Source: Octopus sinensis (taxonomy: Eukaryota). From it: a stretch of 64,000 nt of DNA. Location: positions 22,010,001 through 22,074,000 of the forward strand of contig NC_043021.1 of the NCBI RefSeq assembly GCF_006345805.1, read 5' to 3'. The notes below the pieces were generated by a model, which was not told where the DNA came from, did no database searches, and saw only the letters and a list, made by a program, of their open reading frames with translations. The position numbers and the translations under genes were made by a program. Position 1 is the first letter of the stretch. Every line of letters starts with the position of its first letter. Positions 51,590-63,142 of this stretch are shown here, one piece after another.

Positions 51590-51992
51590 GCAGTCTGGTG
51601 GCTGTGTGGTAAGTAGCTTGCTTACCAACCACATGGTTCCGGGTTCAGTCCCACTGCATGGCACCTTGGGCAAGTATGTTCTACTATAGCCGCGGGCTGA
51701 CCAAAGCCTTGTGAGTGGATTTGGTAGACGGAAACTGAAAGAAGCCCGTCGTATATATGTATATATATATATGTATGCGTGTGCATGCATGTTTGTGTGT
51801 CTGTATTTGTTCCCCTAGCATTGCTTGACAATCGATGCTGGTGTGTTTATGTCCCCGTCACTTAGCGGTTCGGCAAAAGAGACCGATAGAATAAGTACTG
51901 GGCTTAGAAAGAATAAGTCCCGGGGTCGATTTGCTTGATTAAAGGCGGTGCTCCAGCATGGCCACAGTCAGATGACTGAAATGAGTAAAAGA
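51590..51992 (+). mobile_element. SINE S1
   Basis: Matches the S1 consensus. Confidence 0.8.
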
Positions 51993-52234
51993 GTATATAT
52001 ATATATATATGTGTGTATGTGTGTAATATATATGTGTATGTGTGTGGTGGGGTATGTGTGTGTGTATGTGTTTATATGCATACGTTTGTGTTTGCCACCT
52101 CTTCCACTGCTTGACAACCAGTGTTGGTTTGTTTACATCGCTGCATCTTAATGGTTCGGCAAAAGAGACACATAGAATAAGTACCTGATTGAAAAAATAA
52201 GTTCTGGGGTCAATTTGTTCAACTAAAACCTTTA

Positions 52235-52314
52235 TGCGCCTCCACTGTTATACAAATATGATGTATGGGAGGAGAGAGAAGGCAAAAACGGAGGGCCAGT
52301 ATGAGGTAATACCT

Positions 52315-52354
<40 letters not shown>

Positions 52355-52516
52355 CAGACATACAAAAATTTCACGTTAGTAAGTGAGCTGTTGGTAACCA
52401 ATCGACCCTCACCACTCACCTCCTCCAGTACACATGCACACATGTTTAACATGCTAAAAGAAACAACCAAACTGCCCTCAGTTAGCATTCTGATGTCTTC
52501 TAAAACCAGTATGGCC
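52235..52516 (-). repeat. Inverted near-identical copy of 57551-57826, inserted in an S1 SINE tail
   Basis: Exonic part identical by eye from gttttagaagac onward; only a few differences in the intronic part. Confidence 0.9.
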
Positions 52517-52799
52517 TCATGCAGTCCAATACATGAAACAAGTAAAAGACAAAAAAATAAATAGAAATAAAAATCAGAAAGATAAAAGACTTCCAAATAC
52601 AGATTATCATTTTTCAATAATCTTAATCTCTCAACAGAATATCTTTATGAGATTTACAGATTGGATTTCATTTCTCAAATATTTAAAGAAGATCTAAGAA
52701 CCTTCAGTATTTCCCAACCTAAATCTTTAAATATTTACTGTTCAGAGAGAATCCTTCACAATTCTGTATTTATTCTATTTCTCTGATATTGAAAAGAAA

Positions 52800-52821
52800 T
52801 CATTATCATTATAATAATATA

Positions 52822-52867
<46 letters not shown>

Positions 52868-52899
52868 TAAATAATAATAATAATAATAATAATAATATA

Positions 52900-52936
<37 letters not shown>

Positions 52937-52983
52937 TAATAATATAAATAATAATAATAATATAATAATAATAATAATAATAA

Positions 52984-53020
<37 letters not shown>

Positions 53021-53140
53021 TAAAATAATATAATAATAATAATAATATAATAATAATAATATAAATAATAATAATAATATAATAATAATAATAATAATAA
53101 TAATATAAATAATAATAATAATAATATAATAATAATAATA
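52800..53140. repeat. (AAT)n microsatellite
   Basis: Direct inspection. Confidence 0.95.
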
Positions 53141-54460
53141 AAATGCCCTGATGCAGTACCAGGCAGAGGTTCTCATGGCTTCTGATCTTAACTGATTGGA
53201 AGTGTTATCATGTACATTGTTTTGTCTTGGTATAAAAGATGGGCTACAGCAAATATTCTGCTCAATACCACAGATTTGCTTGTCAGTTGTTTGACCTTAA
53301 CCAGTTCCAGTTGAGCATGTTAGTGGCTGACGATATGTGAATCTCTGATCACGAGCAGAAGTAGTGGGGGAGCATCATACCCATGTGTTGAGAGGGATTC
53401 TTTGGGGTTTGAATAATTCACCTCTGGAGACATGGGTAGGTTTTTCAACATCCTTAAACAACCCTTATTCAGGGACCGTTTGAGCAGGATGGGCTACTCA
53501 ACCTGAAGAAAATTCTAAATGGGCCCCACCTGCAAGGTCATGTGCTGTTTATTTTGATATGAGATCACCATGTCGCGCACATATGGTTGTGATGCATGTG
53601 CCTGGTGTGCCCTTATCAGACGGGTAGTCATGATGGGTATATTGGGCTTCATATATTTTACCCCAGTGTCACTTTGATGGCATGAACTGCTCTCTCACTC
53701 AATAATAATAATAATAATAATAATAATGATAATAAATGCCCTGATGCAGTACCAGGCAATGCCTCTCGTGGCTTCTGATCTTAACTGATTGAAAGTGTTA
53801 TCATGTACATTGTTTTGTCTTGGTATAAAAGATGGGCTACAGCAAATATTCTGCTCAATACCACAGATTTGCTTGTCACTTGTTTGACCTTAACCAGTTG
53901 ACCATGTCCCTTAGTGGCTGACGATATGTGCATCTCTGATCACGAGCAGAAATAGTGGAGGAGCATCATAGCCATGTGTTGAGAGGAATTCTTTGGGGTT
54001 TGAATAATGTACCTCTGGAATCATGGGTGTTTCGTTTAACATCCCTAAACAACCCTTATTCGGGGACCTTTTGAGTGGGATAGGCTTCTCGACCTGAAGA
54101 AAATTCTAACTGGGCCCCACCTGCAAGGTCATGTGTTGTTTATCTTGATATGAGATCACCATGTTGTGCACATATGGTTGTGATGCATATGCCCCGTGTA
54201 CCCTTATCAGACAGGTAGTCATCCTTTCGGGGTCAATAACTTAAGTACCAGTTGTGTACTGGGGTTAATGTAATTGACTTAATCCGTTTATCTGTCGTTG
54301 TTTGTCCCCTCTATGTTTAGCCCCTTGTGGGCAATAAATAAATAAGAATGGTTAGCATGCCAGGCAAAATGCTAAGCAGTATTTCATATGTAATGGGTAT
54401 AATGGGCTTTGTATATTTTATGCCAGTGTCACTTTGATGGCATGCACTGCTCTGTCAGTC
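53141..54460 (+). mobile_element. Two tandem copies of an unclassified element of about 560 bp embedded in (AAT)n (53141-53700; 53734-54460)
   Basis: Both start aaatgccctgatgcagtacc and end gcactgctctc..tc before (AAT)n; the second is interrupted at 54219-54391. Confidence 0.7.
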
Positions 54461-54556
54461 AATAATAATAATAACAGTAAAAATAATAATAATAATAGTA
54501 ATAATTATAATTATTATTATTATTTTTATTTTTATTATTATTATTATTATTATTAT

Positions 54557-54955
54557 TGTTGCCTTTGCACAGCTTCTAATGCTGAAGATGTACTACTACG
54601 ATGTCAGCTGTTCACAACCAGTGAACTAAAGAAACACCTCTTATTTTTCGAGCACCTTCTGGAGTGTTCGAGCAGTTCTAAGCAGTGCTGTTTTCTGCAA
54701 GTGCTCCACCCTTATTGCAGCCCCTACTTGTTCCTCATATTTCTCGAGATTTTTGCTCACTGTTCCTGAGGCTCTGACAATTATTGGTACTACTGCTACC
54801 TTTTTTTCATTGACCACAACTGCTTACCTTCCCAAGCTAACCTTTTCTTTCTTCCTTATCGCATACCTTGTTGTCAGCTGGGCATGCTATATCTATGATC
54901 CAGCACAGTTTGTTTTCTTTCTCAATTAAGACTATGTCCAGCTTCCTATGTCTGC
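54557..54955 (-). mobile_element. R4/Dong-clade non-LTR element 3' fragment (restriction-like endonuclease) abutting (TAA)n
   Basis: HRKLDIVLIEKENKLCWIIDIACPADNKVCDKEERK..VVPIIVRASGTVSKNLEKY..EHLQKTALLRTARTLQKVLEK*. Confidence 0.8.
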
Positions 54956-55033
54956 CATGTGCCTATGGCAAAAAAGGATATTGAGTAATTCTCAGTTGTA
55001 GATTACCTCCATAGTTTTGTTTTATTTATCCCT

Positions 55034-55426
55034 AGTGGCTGTGTGGTAAGTAGCTTGCTAACCAACCACATGGTTCCGGGTTCAGTCCCACTGCGTGGCA
55101 TCTTGGGCAAGTGTCTTCTGCTATAGCCTCAGGCCGACCAAAGCCTTGTGAGTGGATTTGGTAGACGGAAACTGAAAGAAGCCTGTCGTATATATGTATA
55201 TATATATAAGTGTGTGTGTATATGTTTGTGTGTCTGTGTTTGTCCCCCTAGCATTGCTTGACAACCGATGCTGGTGTGTTTACGTCCCCGTCACTTAGCG
55301 GTCGGCAAAAGAGACCGATAGAATAAGTACTGGGCTTACAAAGAATAAGTCCCGGGGTCGATTTGCTCGACTAAAGGTGGTGCTCCAGCATGGCCACAGT
55401 CAAATGACTGAAACAAGTAAAAGAGT
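55034..55426 (+). mobile_element. SINE S1
   Basis: Matches the S1 consensus. Confidence 0.85.
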
Positions 55427-55790
55427 ATATATATATATAAAGCTGAATTTGTCTAACACTATCTCCTCTGAGACCCTGTAGCACAAGTTGACCAACATTG
55501 AGCGTATGATAGAAGAAGGTTTGCTTTTCCTTCCGTAGAAGAAAAAATCAAAATCGGACCATGTTAGGACCAAAAATTGTTTACATCAAAAAGGTGATTT
55601 TTTCCTATGAAAATCCCTATTTTTTACGATTTTTTCACTGCTGTGTCGCCATTTTTTGGTGTATTTCAACCAGAAAAAGGTTCACTTAAGGAGAATAACA
55701 AGCTAAATAAAGCAAAATTTTTATTTTTCAAATATTCCAATTCTAAAGGGTCTAAACAAACCCGAGCAATGCTGGGTGATACTGCTAGTA
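55427..55790 (-). mobile_element. Helitron/Helentron-like non-autonomous element (copy of the 46757 family)
   Basis: Ends cccgagcaatgctgggtgatactgctagta. Confidence 0.6.
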
Positions 55791-55811
55791 TCTAATATAA
55801 TCAGCCATGCA

Positions 55812-56235
55812 AAGCAGTGAGCTGGCAGAATGAGTAGCACGCTGGGCAAAATGTTTGACGGTATTTCGTCTGCCATTACGTTGTGAGTTCAAATTCCATC
55901 AAGGTCAACTTTACCTTTCATCCTTTCGGGGTCAATAACTTAAGTACCAGTTGTGTACTGGGGTCGATGTAATTGACTTAATCCGTTTGTCTGTCGTTGT
56001 TTGTCCCCTCTATGTTTAGCCCCTTGTGGGCAATAAAGAAATAAGAATGGTTAGCATGCCAGGCAAAATGCTAAGCAGTATTTCATATGTCTTTATGTTC
56101 TGAGATCAAATTCTACTGAGGTCGACTTTACCTTTTGTCCTTTTGGAGTCAGTAAAATGAGTACCAGTTGAGCACTGGGGTTGATCTAATCGACTTGCTC
56201 CCTACCCAAAATTGCTGGCCTTGTGCCAAAATTTG
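55812..56235 (+). mobile_element. SINE S2 dimer
   Basis: gcagtgagctggcagaa..gagttcaaattcc..cctttcggggtc..; second unit starts near 56045. Confidence 0.75.
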
Positions 56236-56660
56236 AAACTTATATATTTGACCGTATTGGGTTTGATTTTAAACTGCATCCAGTTGCGGGGCTCCAGTTT
56301 GGGAGTTCCAGACTTGTGAGGATTGTGGAACCACCTCTTAGCCATTATGGACCCCAGCTCTACTCTGAACTGGAGTAGAAGCACCTGTTGGAATTCTAGC
56401 TGTGGGTTAATTAGCATGTCATGCAATTGCTTCCTGAAGGTGATAACACTCAGACACCCCAATGAACCCAGGGCAGAAGAGGTCCTTCACCTCTTTGGCT
56501 ACCCCTTTAGGAGAAGGTAACTCCATACAGATCCTATATCCTAATAACTGCAGCAAACCAGGACACCAGCACCCAGCTGTGCCTTGCTGAACCCTTTTTT
56601 GATAATGAGACAGTCTACCCCAGTTGATCCATAAACACCTGTTTCTTTTCTTTATTTCAG

Positions 56661-56729
56661 TATCTCTCGAGAATCCAGTGTGTCGTCAGGGTCTGCATCT
56701 CCACAGCACAGGTGTAAAAGAAAATCAAG
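56661..56729 (+). CDS. Candidate 69-nt exon F: (x)ISRESSVSSGSASPQHRCKRKS(S) in phase 2-2
   Basis: Very strong acceptor gtttcttttctttatttcag| and donor AAG|gtaagt; the phase 0 frame has a stop; phase 1 (SLENPVCRQGLHLHSTGVKENQ) is also open. Confidence 0.6.
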
Positions 56730-56814
56730 GTAAGTCTCAATTACTTCATTTCTTTTCGCTCTTCTCCTTTTTGACTCCACTCTTTCTTCTTTTTCTTTAT
56801 TTTCTCTGTTTGAA

Positions 56815-57337
56815 CTCGAGTCAATGCTTAGGTCAACTTGAGTCAATGTATTTGAATCAATGTATTTGAGTCAACATATTTGAGCCAAAGTATTTGAGTC
56901 AATGTGTTTGAGTCAACATATTTGAGTCAAAGTATTTGAGTCAATGTGTTTGAGTCAACATATTTGAACCAACGTATTTGAGTCAATGTGTTTGAGTCAA
57001 TATATCAGAATCATTGTATTTGAGTCAACATGTCTGAGTCAATGTATTTGAGTCAATTTGTTTGACTCAATGTATTTGAGCCAATGTATTTAAACTATCC
57101 ATTTGAGTCAACGTATTTGAGTCAACGCATTTGAATCAACGTATTTGAGTCAACATATTTGAGTCAACATATTTGAGTCAATGTGTTTGACTCAATGTGT
57201 TTATTTTTTGAGTCAACGTATTTGAACCAACGTATTTGAGTTGCCATATTTGAGTCATTGTATTTGAGTCAATGTATTTGAGTCATTGTATTTGAGTCAA
57301 TGTATTTTGATTCAATGTATTTGAGTCAATGTATTTG
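56815..57337. repeat. 14-bp tandem array (TTTGAGTCAATGTA)n, about 35 units
   Basis: Direct inspection; about 25 exact TGAGTCA/TGACTCA by manual count. Confidence 0.9.
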
Positions 57338-57485
57338 TTTGCTCAAAGCACTGACACAGAAGGATTAGACCTAGAACCTTGTAATTTGGATGAGATTATT
57401 GTGATCCTAAACTCAAATCCCCATATGAGAAGGGATATTGTTATTGTTTTTGTGACTACTTAGTGCTACGTCTACCTTGACCAAG

Positions 57486-57645
57486 TTACCCAGTGTTCAT
57501 TTGTGCTTTAGCTGAGACAAGTCCATCATTTTGTGCATTATATTCAATGGGGCCATTAGTTTTAGAAGACATCAGAATGCTAACTGAGGGCAGTTTGGTT
57601 GTTTCTTTTAGCATGTTAAACATGTGTGCATGTGTACTGGAGGAG
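57486..57645 (+). CDS. Candidate exon G: YPVFICALAETSPSFCALYSMGPLVLEDIRMLTEGSLVVSFSMLNMCACVLEE (alternative phase-2 acceptor at 57612)
   Basis: Strong donor GAG|gtgagt; frame open back to TGA at 57478; acceptors at 57485 and 57611 are both phase 2, compatible with exon F. Confidence 0.5.
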
Positions 57646-57816
57646 GTGAGTGGTGAGGGTCGATTGGTTACCAACAGCTCACTTACTTACGTGAAATTTC
57701 TGTCTGTATGTCTCTCTCTCTCTGTCTCTCTCTCTCTCTCTCAGTTAGGTATTACCTCATACTGGCCCTCCCTTTTTGCCTTCTCTCTCCTCCCATACAT
57801 CATATTTGTATAACAG

Positions 57817-58198
57817 TGGAGGCGCAATGGCCCAGTGGTTAGGGCAGCGGACTCGCGGTCATAGGATTGTGGTTTCGATTCCCAGACCGGGCGTTGTGAG
57901 TGTTTATTGAGCAAAAACACCTAAAGCTCCACGAGGCTCCGGCAGGGATGGTGGTGAACCCTGCTGTACTCTTTCACCACAACTTTCTCTCACTCTTACT
58001 TCCTGTTTCTGTTGTACCTGTATTTCAAAGGGCCAGCCTTGTCACTCTCTGTGTCACGCTGAATATCCCCGAGAACTACGTAAAAGGTACGCGTGTCTGT
58101 GGGGTGCTCAGCCACTTACACGTTAATTTCACGAGCAGGCTGTTCCGTTGATCGGATCAACCGGAACCCTCGTCGTCGTAACCGACGGAGTGCTTCCA
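57817..58198 (+). mobile_element. SINE S3 full-length (tRNA-derived)
   Basis: tggcccagtgg A box, ggtttcgattccc B box, 3' end gtcgtcgtaaccgacggagtgcttcca. Confidence 0.8.
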
Positions 58199-58344
58199 TA
58201 TCCATTTGTATAACACACACACACATACACAGAGGAATCTTAAGGGTATCCATCAATGGGGTAAAAGGAACTTTGTGTGTGTGTGTGTGTGAGGGAGTAA
58301 GGCAGAAATTATGTGTGAGAAAAAGAGTAACTATATGTACTTGC

Positions 58345-58618
58345 CTGTGTAGTGCCGCTGGACTGGCTCCTGTGCAGGTAGCAGGTAAAAACACCTTTAG
58401 AGTGTGGTCGTTGCCAGAAATGCCTGACTGGCCCTCATGCCGGTGGCACATAAAAAGCAACCATTACACTCTTGGAGTGGTTGGCATCCAGCTGTAGAAA
58501 CTTTGCCAGGTCATATTGAGCCTGGTGCAGCCATCTGGCTCACCAGTCCTCAGTCAAACCGTCCAACCCATGCCAGCATGGAAAGCGGACATTAAATGAC
58601 GATGATGATGATGATGAT
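58345..58618 (+). mobile_element. RTE 3'UTR copy
   Basis: Family motifs and (GAT)n. Confidence 0.75.
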
Positions 58619-59304
58619 ATATATGGCAAATGAAAGACAGAAGATAGAATATACCAGTAAGCTACCAGGGGTAAACCATTCCTTATTATTATTATCCATC
58701 CATCCATCCATCCATCCATCCATCCATCTATCTATCTATCTATCTACCTATATATATATATATGTATATGTTTAGTGCGTGTGTGTGCATGAGAAAGAGA
58801 ATTGAATGGACTTCGTGCTTGTGTGAACGGAATGTTTGTGCGAAAAAGTGAATGAGTATGTGTGTGTGTGTGTGTATGTATGTGTGAGAGAGTGAGAAAG
58901 AAAAGTAGAGTATATAATGGAGAGAGAGAGAGAGAGAAAGGCACTACGTTTTTGCTTAGTTGCGTTCTTCATTTACAATGCTTCAACCAAAGTTGATAAT
59001 ACTTGCCTATCCTCTTATCTTGAAGAAGAATGGTAAGATTCTTCAACTCTCCTCTCATGAAATCAACGATAAGAACTTTTCTACCAATCCTACAATGGAT
59101 TATTATATGTCTGTGTCAGTGTCGGATAAACATTTCACCTTAAAAAATAAAATTCTTAACCAAAGCAGGTGTTGATCTTGTAAAGAAAAAGTAATGCCGC
59201 TGGACATTACTGTCTTTGAGTCTGAGAACTTAAAGAACTGGTTATTCAGTTTTGATGGTTTATAAGTGACCACGATCACATTTCTCTTGTATAGTACCAC
59301 ATTA

Positions 59305-59660
59305 TCATCATCATCATCAGAGTCCATTTTCCATGCTGGCATGGGTCAGAAGGATCGACTGGAATTGGTAACCTGGAGAGCTCTACCAGGCTCCAGTAGT
59401 CTGGTTTGGCTTGATTTCTATGACTGGATGCCCTTCCAAATGCCAACCACTCCCAGAGTGTAGTGGATACCTTTTATGTGTCACCAGTATGGGTGCTTTT
59501 TATGTGTCACCAGCACAAGTGCCACATATGTGTCACTGGCACGAGTGCCTTTTATGTGTCACCAGCACAGGTGCCTTACAATTGTCCCCAGCACGAGTGC
59601 CTTTGATGTGTCCCCAGCACAGGTGCCTTATATGTGTCACTGACACGAGTGCCATTTATT
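59305..59660 (-). mobile_element. Diverged RTE 3'UTR copy with modules of about 30 bp
   Basis: (CAT)n, ctggatgcccttcc, repeated tttatgtgtcaccagcac. Confidence 0.65.
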
Positions 59661-59984
59661 ATTGCAGACCAAGAGTGGCTGATTGCTTTTGCTTCATCCT
59701 CCATGCATCTTTCCAGGTCTTCTTAGGCAAAGTTACCTTCTCGAGTCGCACTGACTCGTAGGGCCAGTTTCCTAGTTTCCCTGGCGTATATATGTCCCTC
59801 ACCTGGATGGGACACAAGTCCATCACAAGATTACTTACTTTTGCCAGCCAAGTGGACTGCAGCAACATGAAATGAAGTGTTTTGCTCAAGAACACAATGC
59901 ATCGCCCGGAGCAGGAATCGAAACCACGATCTTCCAATCATGAGTCCCACACCCTAACCACTAATCCATGCACCTCCACGGGTC

Positions 59985-60212
59985 TTCTTAATTCATCCAG
60001 CTACCTTCTTTCCTTCAGGTTGCTAATTTAACACTTGTCTTGCAATGCTGCCTGGAGGTCTCCTTAGAATGTGACCGATCCAACCCCCATTTCCTTTCCA
60101 GAATTTCTTGATTGATGGGAGCTTCGGCCATTCTGTTCTATGAATTGCTGTTTGAAATTTTGTCCGTCCTCCAAATTCTGAGGGTGTGGCACAGATATAT
60201 GTCAGTTTAGCC
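59985..60212 (-). mobile_element. RTE LINE 3' ORF fragment
   Basis: ..WIGHILRRPPGSIARQVLN(W).PEGKR.G on the minus strand. Confidence 0.65.
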
Positions 60213-60431
60213 CAGTGCTTTTCAAACTTTTTGCTGGAGCGGAACCCCAAGGAAACATTTCACTGGCTCGAGGAACCCCTGTGCAATAATTTAATAGTCT
60301 TATGCACACATATCTGCACAGGAGAATTAAAAATTACTGCCGATTTTAGCAGTTTTGTAACTTCTTGCAGAACCCCTGCACTGTACTGGCGGAACCCTAA
60401 GGTTCCGCGGAACCCTAGTTGAAAACCCCTG
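60213..60431 (+). mobile_element. hAT MITE with 8-bp target site duplication
   Basis: TIRs CAGTGCTTTTCAAAC / GTTGAAAACCCCTG; flanks gtttagcc / gttcagcc (7/8 match). Confidence 0.85.
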
Positions 60432-60682
60432 GTTCAGCCATTGATTTTAGTCCCTAATACTTGCTAATACCCAGGTATAGCAAACAGAAATAGCAAGTTA
60501 TTTGAGCTTTTGGTGAGAATGATGATCAGGGATAACCACAAATGGGATAAAGGGACACCCTCTCTCTTTAGGGGTGGGTGTGTGTGTGTGTGTGAGGAAG
60601 GCATTATGCATGTGTGTGTGGAATAGTGTGTGTGTGTGTGTGTATGAGGCAGTAAGATAGAGATGCCTGAGGATGGCACTAT

Positions 60683-60880
60683 ACTCTTTTTTTACTTGTT
60701 TCAGTCATTTGACTGCGGCCATGCTGGAGCACCACCTTTAATTGAGCAACTCGACCCTGGGACTTATTCTTTTGTAAGCCCAGTACTTATTCTATCGGTC
60801 TCTTTTGCCGAACCGCTAAGTAACGGGGACATAAACACACCAGCATCGGTTGTCAAGCAAAGCTAGGGGGACAAATACAG

Positions 60881-60939
<59 letters not shown>

Positions 60940-61100
60940 TACGACGGGCTTCTTTCAGTTTCCGTCTACCAAATCCACTCACAAGGCTTTGGTCGGCCTG
61001 AGGCTATAGTAGAAGACACTTGCTCAAGGTGCCACGCAGTGGGACTGAACCCGGAACCATGTGGTTCGTAAACAAGCTACTTACCACTCATCCACTCCTG
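60683..61100 (-). mobile_element. SINE S1
   Basis: Reverse complement of the S1 consensus. Confidence 0.85.
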
Positions 61101-61394
61101 CACATATATGTACATATGTATGTGTGTGTGTGTGTAAGGCAGTAAGACAGAGATTGAGTGTGAGAAAGGCCTTATGTACATGTGTGTGTGTATGTGTGTG
61201 TGTAATAGAGATCAAGATCAAGTGTGCATAAAGAGATTTTGTGTGTGAAAAAGAGAGCAATTCTGTGTGTGTGTGTGGAATTGTGTGTGTGTGTGTGTGA
61301 ATTGTGTGTATTAGAGAAACACAAATTGTGACGGGGTGGGGGATGAAAAATAAAAGCAAAAATAGAGAAAAAACAAAAATCTTGTTTGTTTTTA

Positions 61395-61543
61395 TTTCTC
61401 TCTCTTTCTCTCTCTCTTTCATACTGTCACTCCCTTCTACACATTTCTTGTATCTCCACCTCTCTCTCTCTCTCTCTTTCACTGTTTCAACCTCTCACCT
61501 CTTTCTCTCTGTTTCTCTCTCTCTATCTCACTGTTTCTGCCTC

Positions 61544-61583
<40 letters not shown>

Positions 61584-62175
61584 TTGTCTGTCTGTCTGTC
61601 TCTTTCTCACACTCTCTGCCTGCCTCTCGCCACTCTCTTTTATCTCTCTTTCTGTCTCTTTGTCTTACTCTCTCTGTCTTTCTTTCTCATTGTCTCTGCC
61701 CCTCACTCCTCTCTCTCTCTATCTCATTCTCTCTTTCCTTCTTTCTCCCTCTCTCTCTTATTGCCTCTTCCTCACATCTCTCTCTCTCTCTCTCTCTCTC
61801 TCTTTCGCTTTCTCATTATTTTTGCCAGTCACCTCTCTCACTCTCTTTCACTTTTTCTTTCTTTCTTTCTTTCTCTTTCTTTCTTTCTCTCTTTCTTTCT
61901 TTCTCTCTCTCTCTTTCTGTCTCTCTCTCACTTTTTCTTTCTTTTTTCTTTCTTTCTTTCTTTCTCTCTTTCTCTCTCTCTCTCTCTTTCTGTCTCTCTC
62001 TCACTTTTTCTTTCTTTTTTCTTTCTTTCTTTTTCTTTCTTTCTCTCTCTCTCTCTCTTTTTTCTGTCTGTCTCTTCTCTCTCTCTCTCTCACTTTGCCT
62101 CTCTCTCTCCTCCCACTCTCTCCTCCCGCTCTCTCCCCCTCTCTCTCCCCTTCTATCTCCTCCTTCTCCCCCCTC
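61395..62175. repeat. (CT)/(CTTT)n pyrimidine repeat
   Basis: Direct inspection. Confidence 0.9.
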
Positions 62176-62259
62176 CCTTCATTTCGCATTACATCTTTGA
62201 AGTGTCTAAAGATTATTTCACAGTCTGTGTTGATTAATTACAACATGTGAGGTTGTAAG

Positions 62260-62670
62260 GGGGTGGAGTGGAGGTTGTTGCCATGGTGGTAGTGGTGAGG
62301 CTAGTACTGGTAGTGGCGGTAGTGGTAATAGTAGCACTGGTGGTAGTAGTGATCGCTTTGGTTGCGGTGGTGATGGTGATGCTGGTTGTAGTGGTGGCAG
62401 TAGTAGTCGAAGTGGTAGTGGTGTTAGTTGCGGTGATGATGTTGGAGATGCTAGTTTGGGTGGCAGTAGTAATGGTGGTTAAAGTGGTACTTCCAGTCGT
62501 GGCAGTGATGGTAATAGTACCAGTTGTGGCACAGGTGGTGTTGATAGGACTGGTGGTGGTGGAGATGCTTGTTGTGGTGGTGGTGGTAGTAGTAGCAGTA
62601 GTGGCAGTAGTAGTAGTAGTAATAGGAGTAGTAGTAGTGGGAGTGGCAGTACCAGTTGTGGTGGTCATGG
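62260..62670. repeat. (GTA/GTG)n trinucleotide repeat
   Basis: Direct inspection. Confidence 0.9.
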
Positions 62671-62911
62671 TTAGGTTTTTTTTTTTATCTTTGACTTGTC
62701 CCAGTTATTAAATAGTGACCATGCTGGGGCACTGCGTTGAAGAATTTAGTTGGATGAATTGAGCCCAGCACTTTTCTTGAAAAGCCTGCTGCTTATTATA
62801 TCAGTCTCTTTTGGCACACTGCTAGGTTACAACAACACTGGGTGCCAAATGGTGGTGGACGACAAACATGGACACAAAATCACACATGTAGACACACACA
62901 CACGTGTGTGA

Positions 62912-62954
<43 letters not shown>

Positions 62955-63111
62955 ATACTCTTTTACTTGTTTCAGGACTTATTCTTTGTAAGCCTAGTAC
63001 TTATTCTATCGGTCTCTTTTGATGAACTGCTAAGTTACGGGGACGTAAACACATCACCATTGGTTGTCAAGTGATGTTGGGGGGGACAAGCACAGATGTA
63101 CAAACTCACAA

Positions 63112-63142
<31 letters not shown>

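Noticed and set aside
52638-52766. Possible + strand exon (E)YLYEIYRLDFISQIFKEDLRTFSISQPK...
   Set aside because: Only weak donors before the in-frame stop; kept as unsupported.
18422-57337. Tandem arrays (129-bp, 180-bp, 14-bp) as CRISPR arrays
   Set aside because: The units have no unique spacers, the DNA is eukaryotic, and there are no cas genes.
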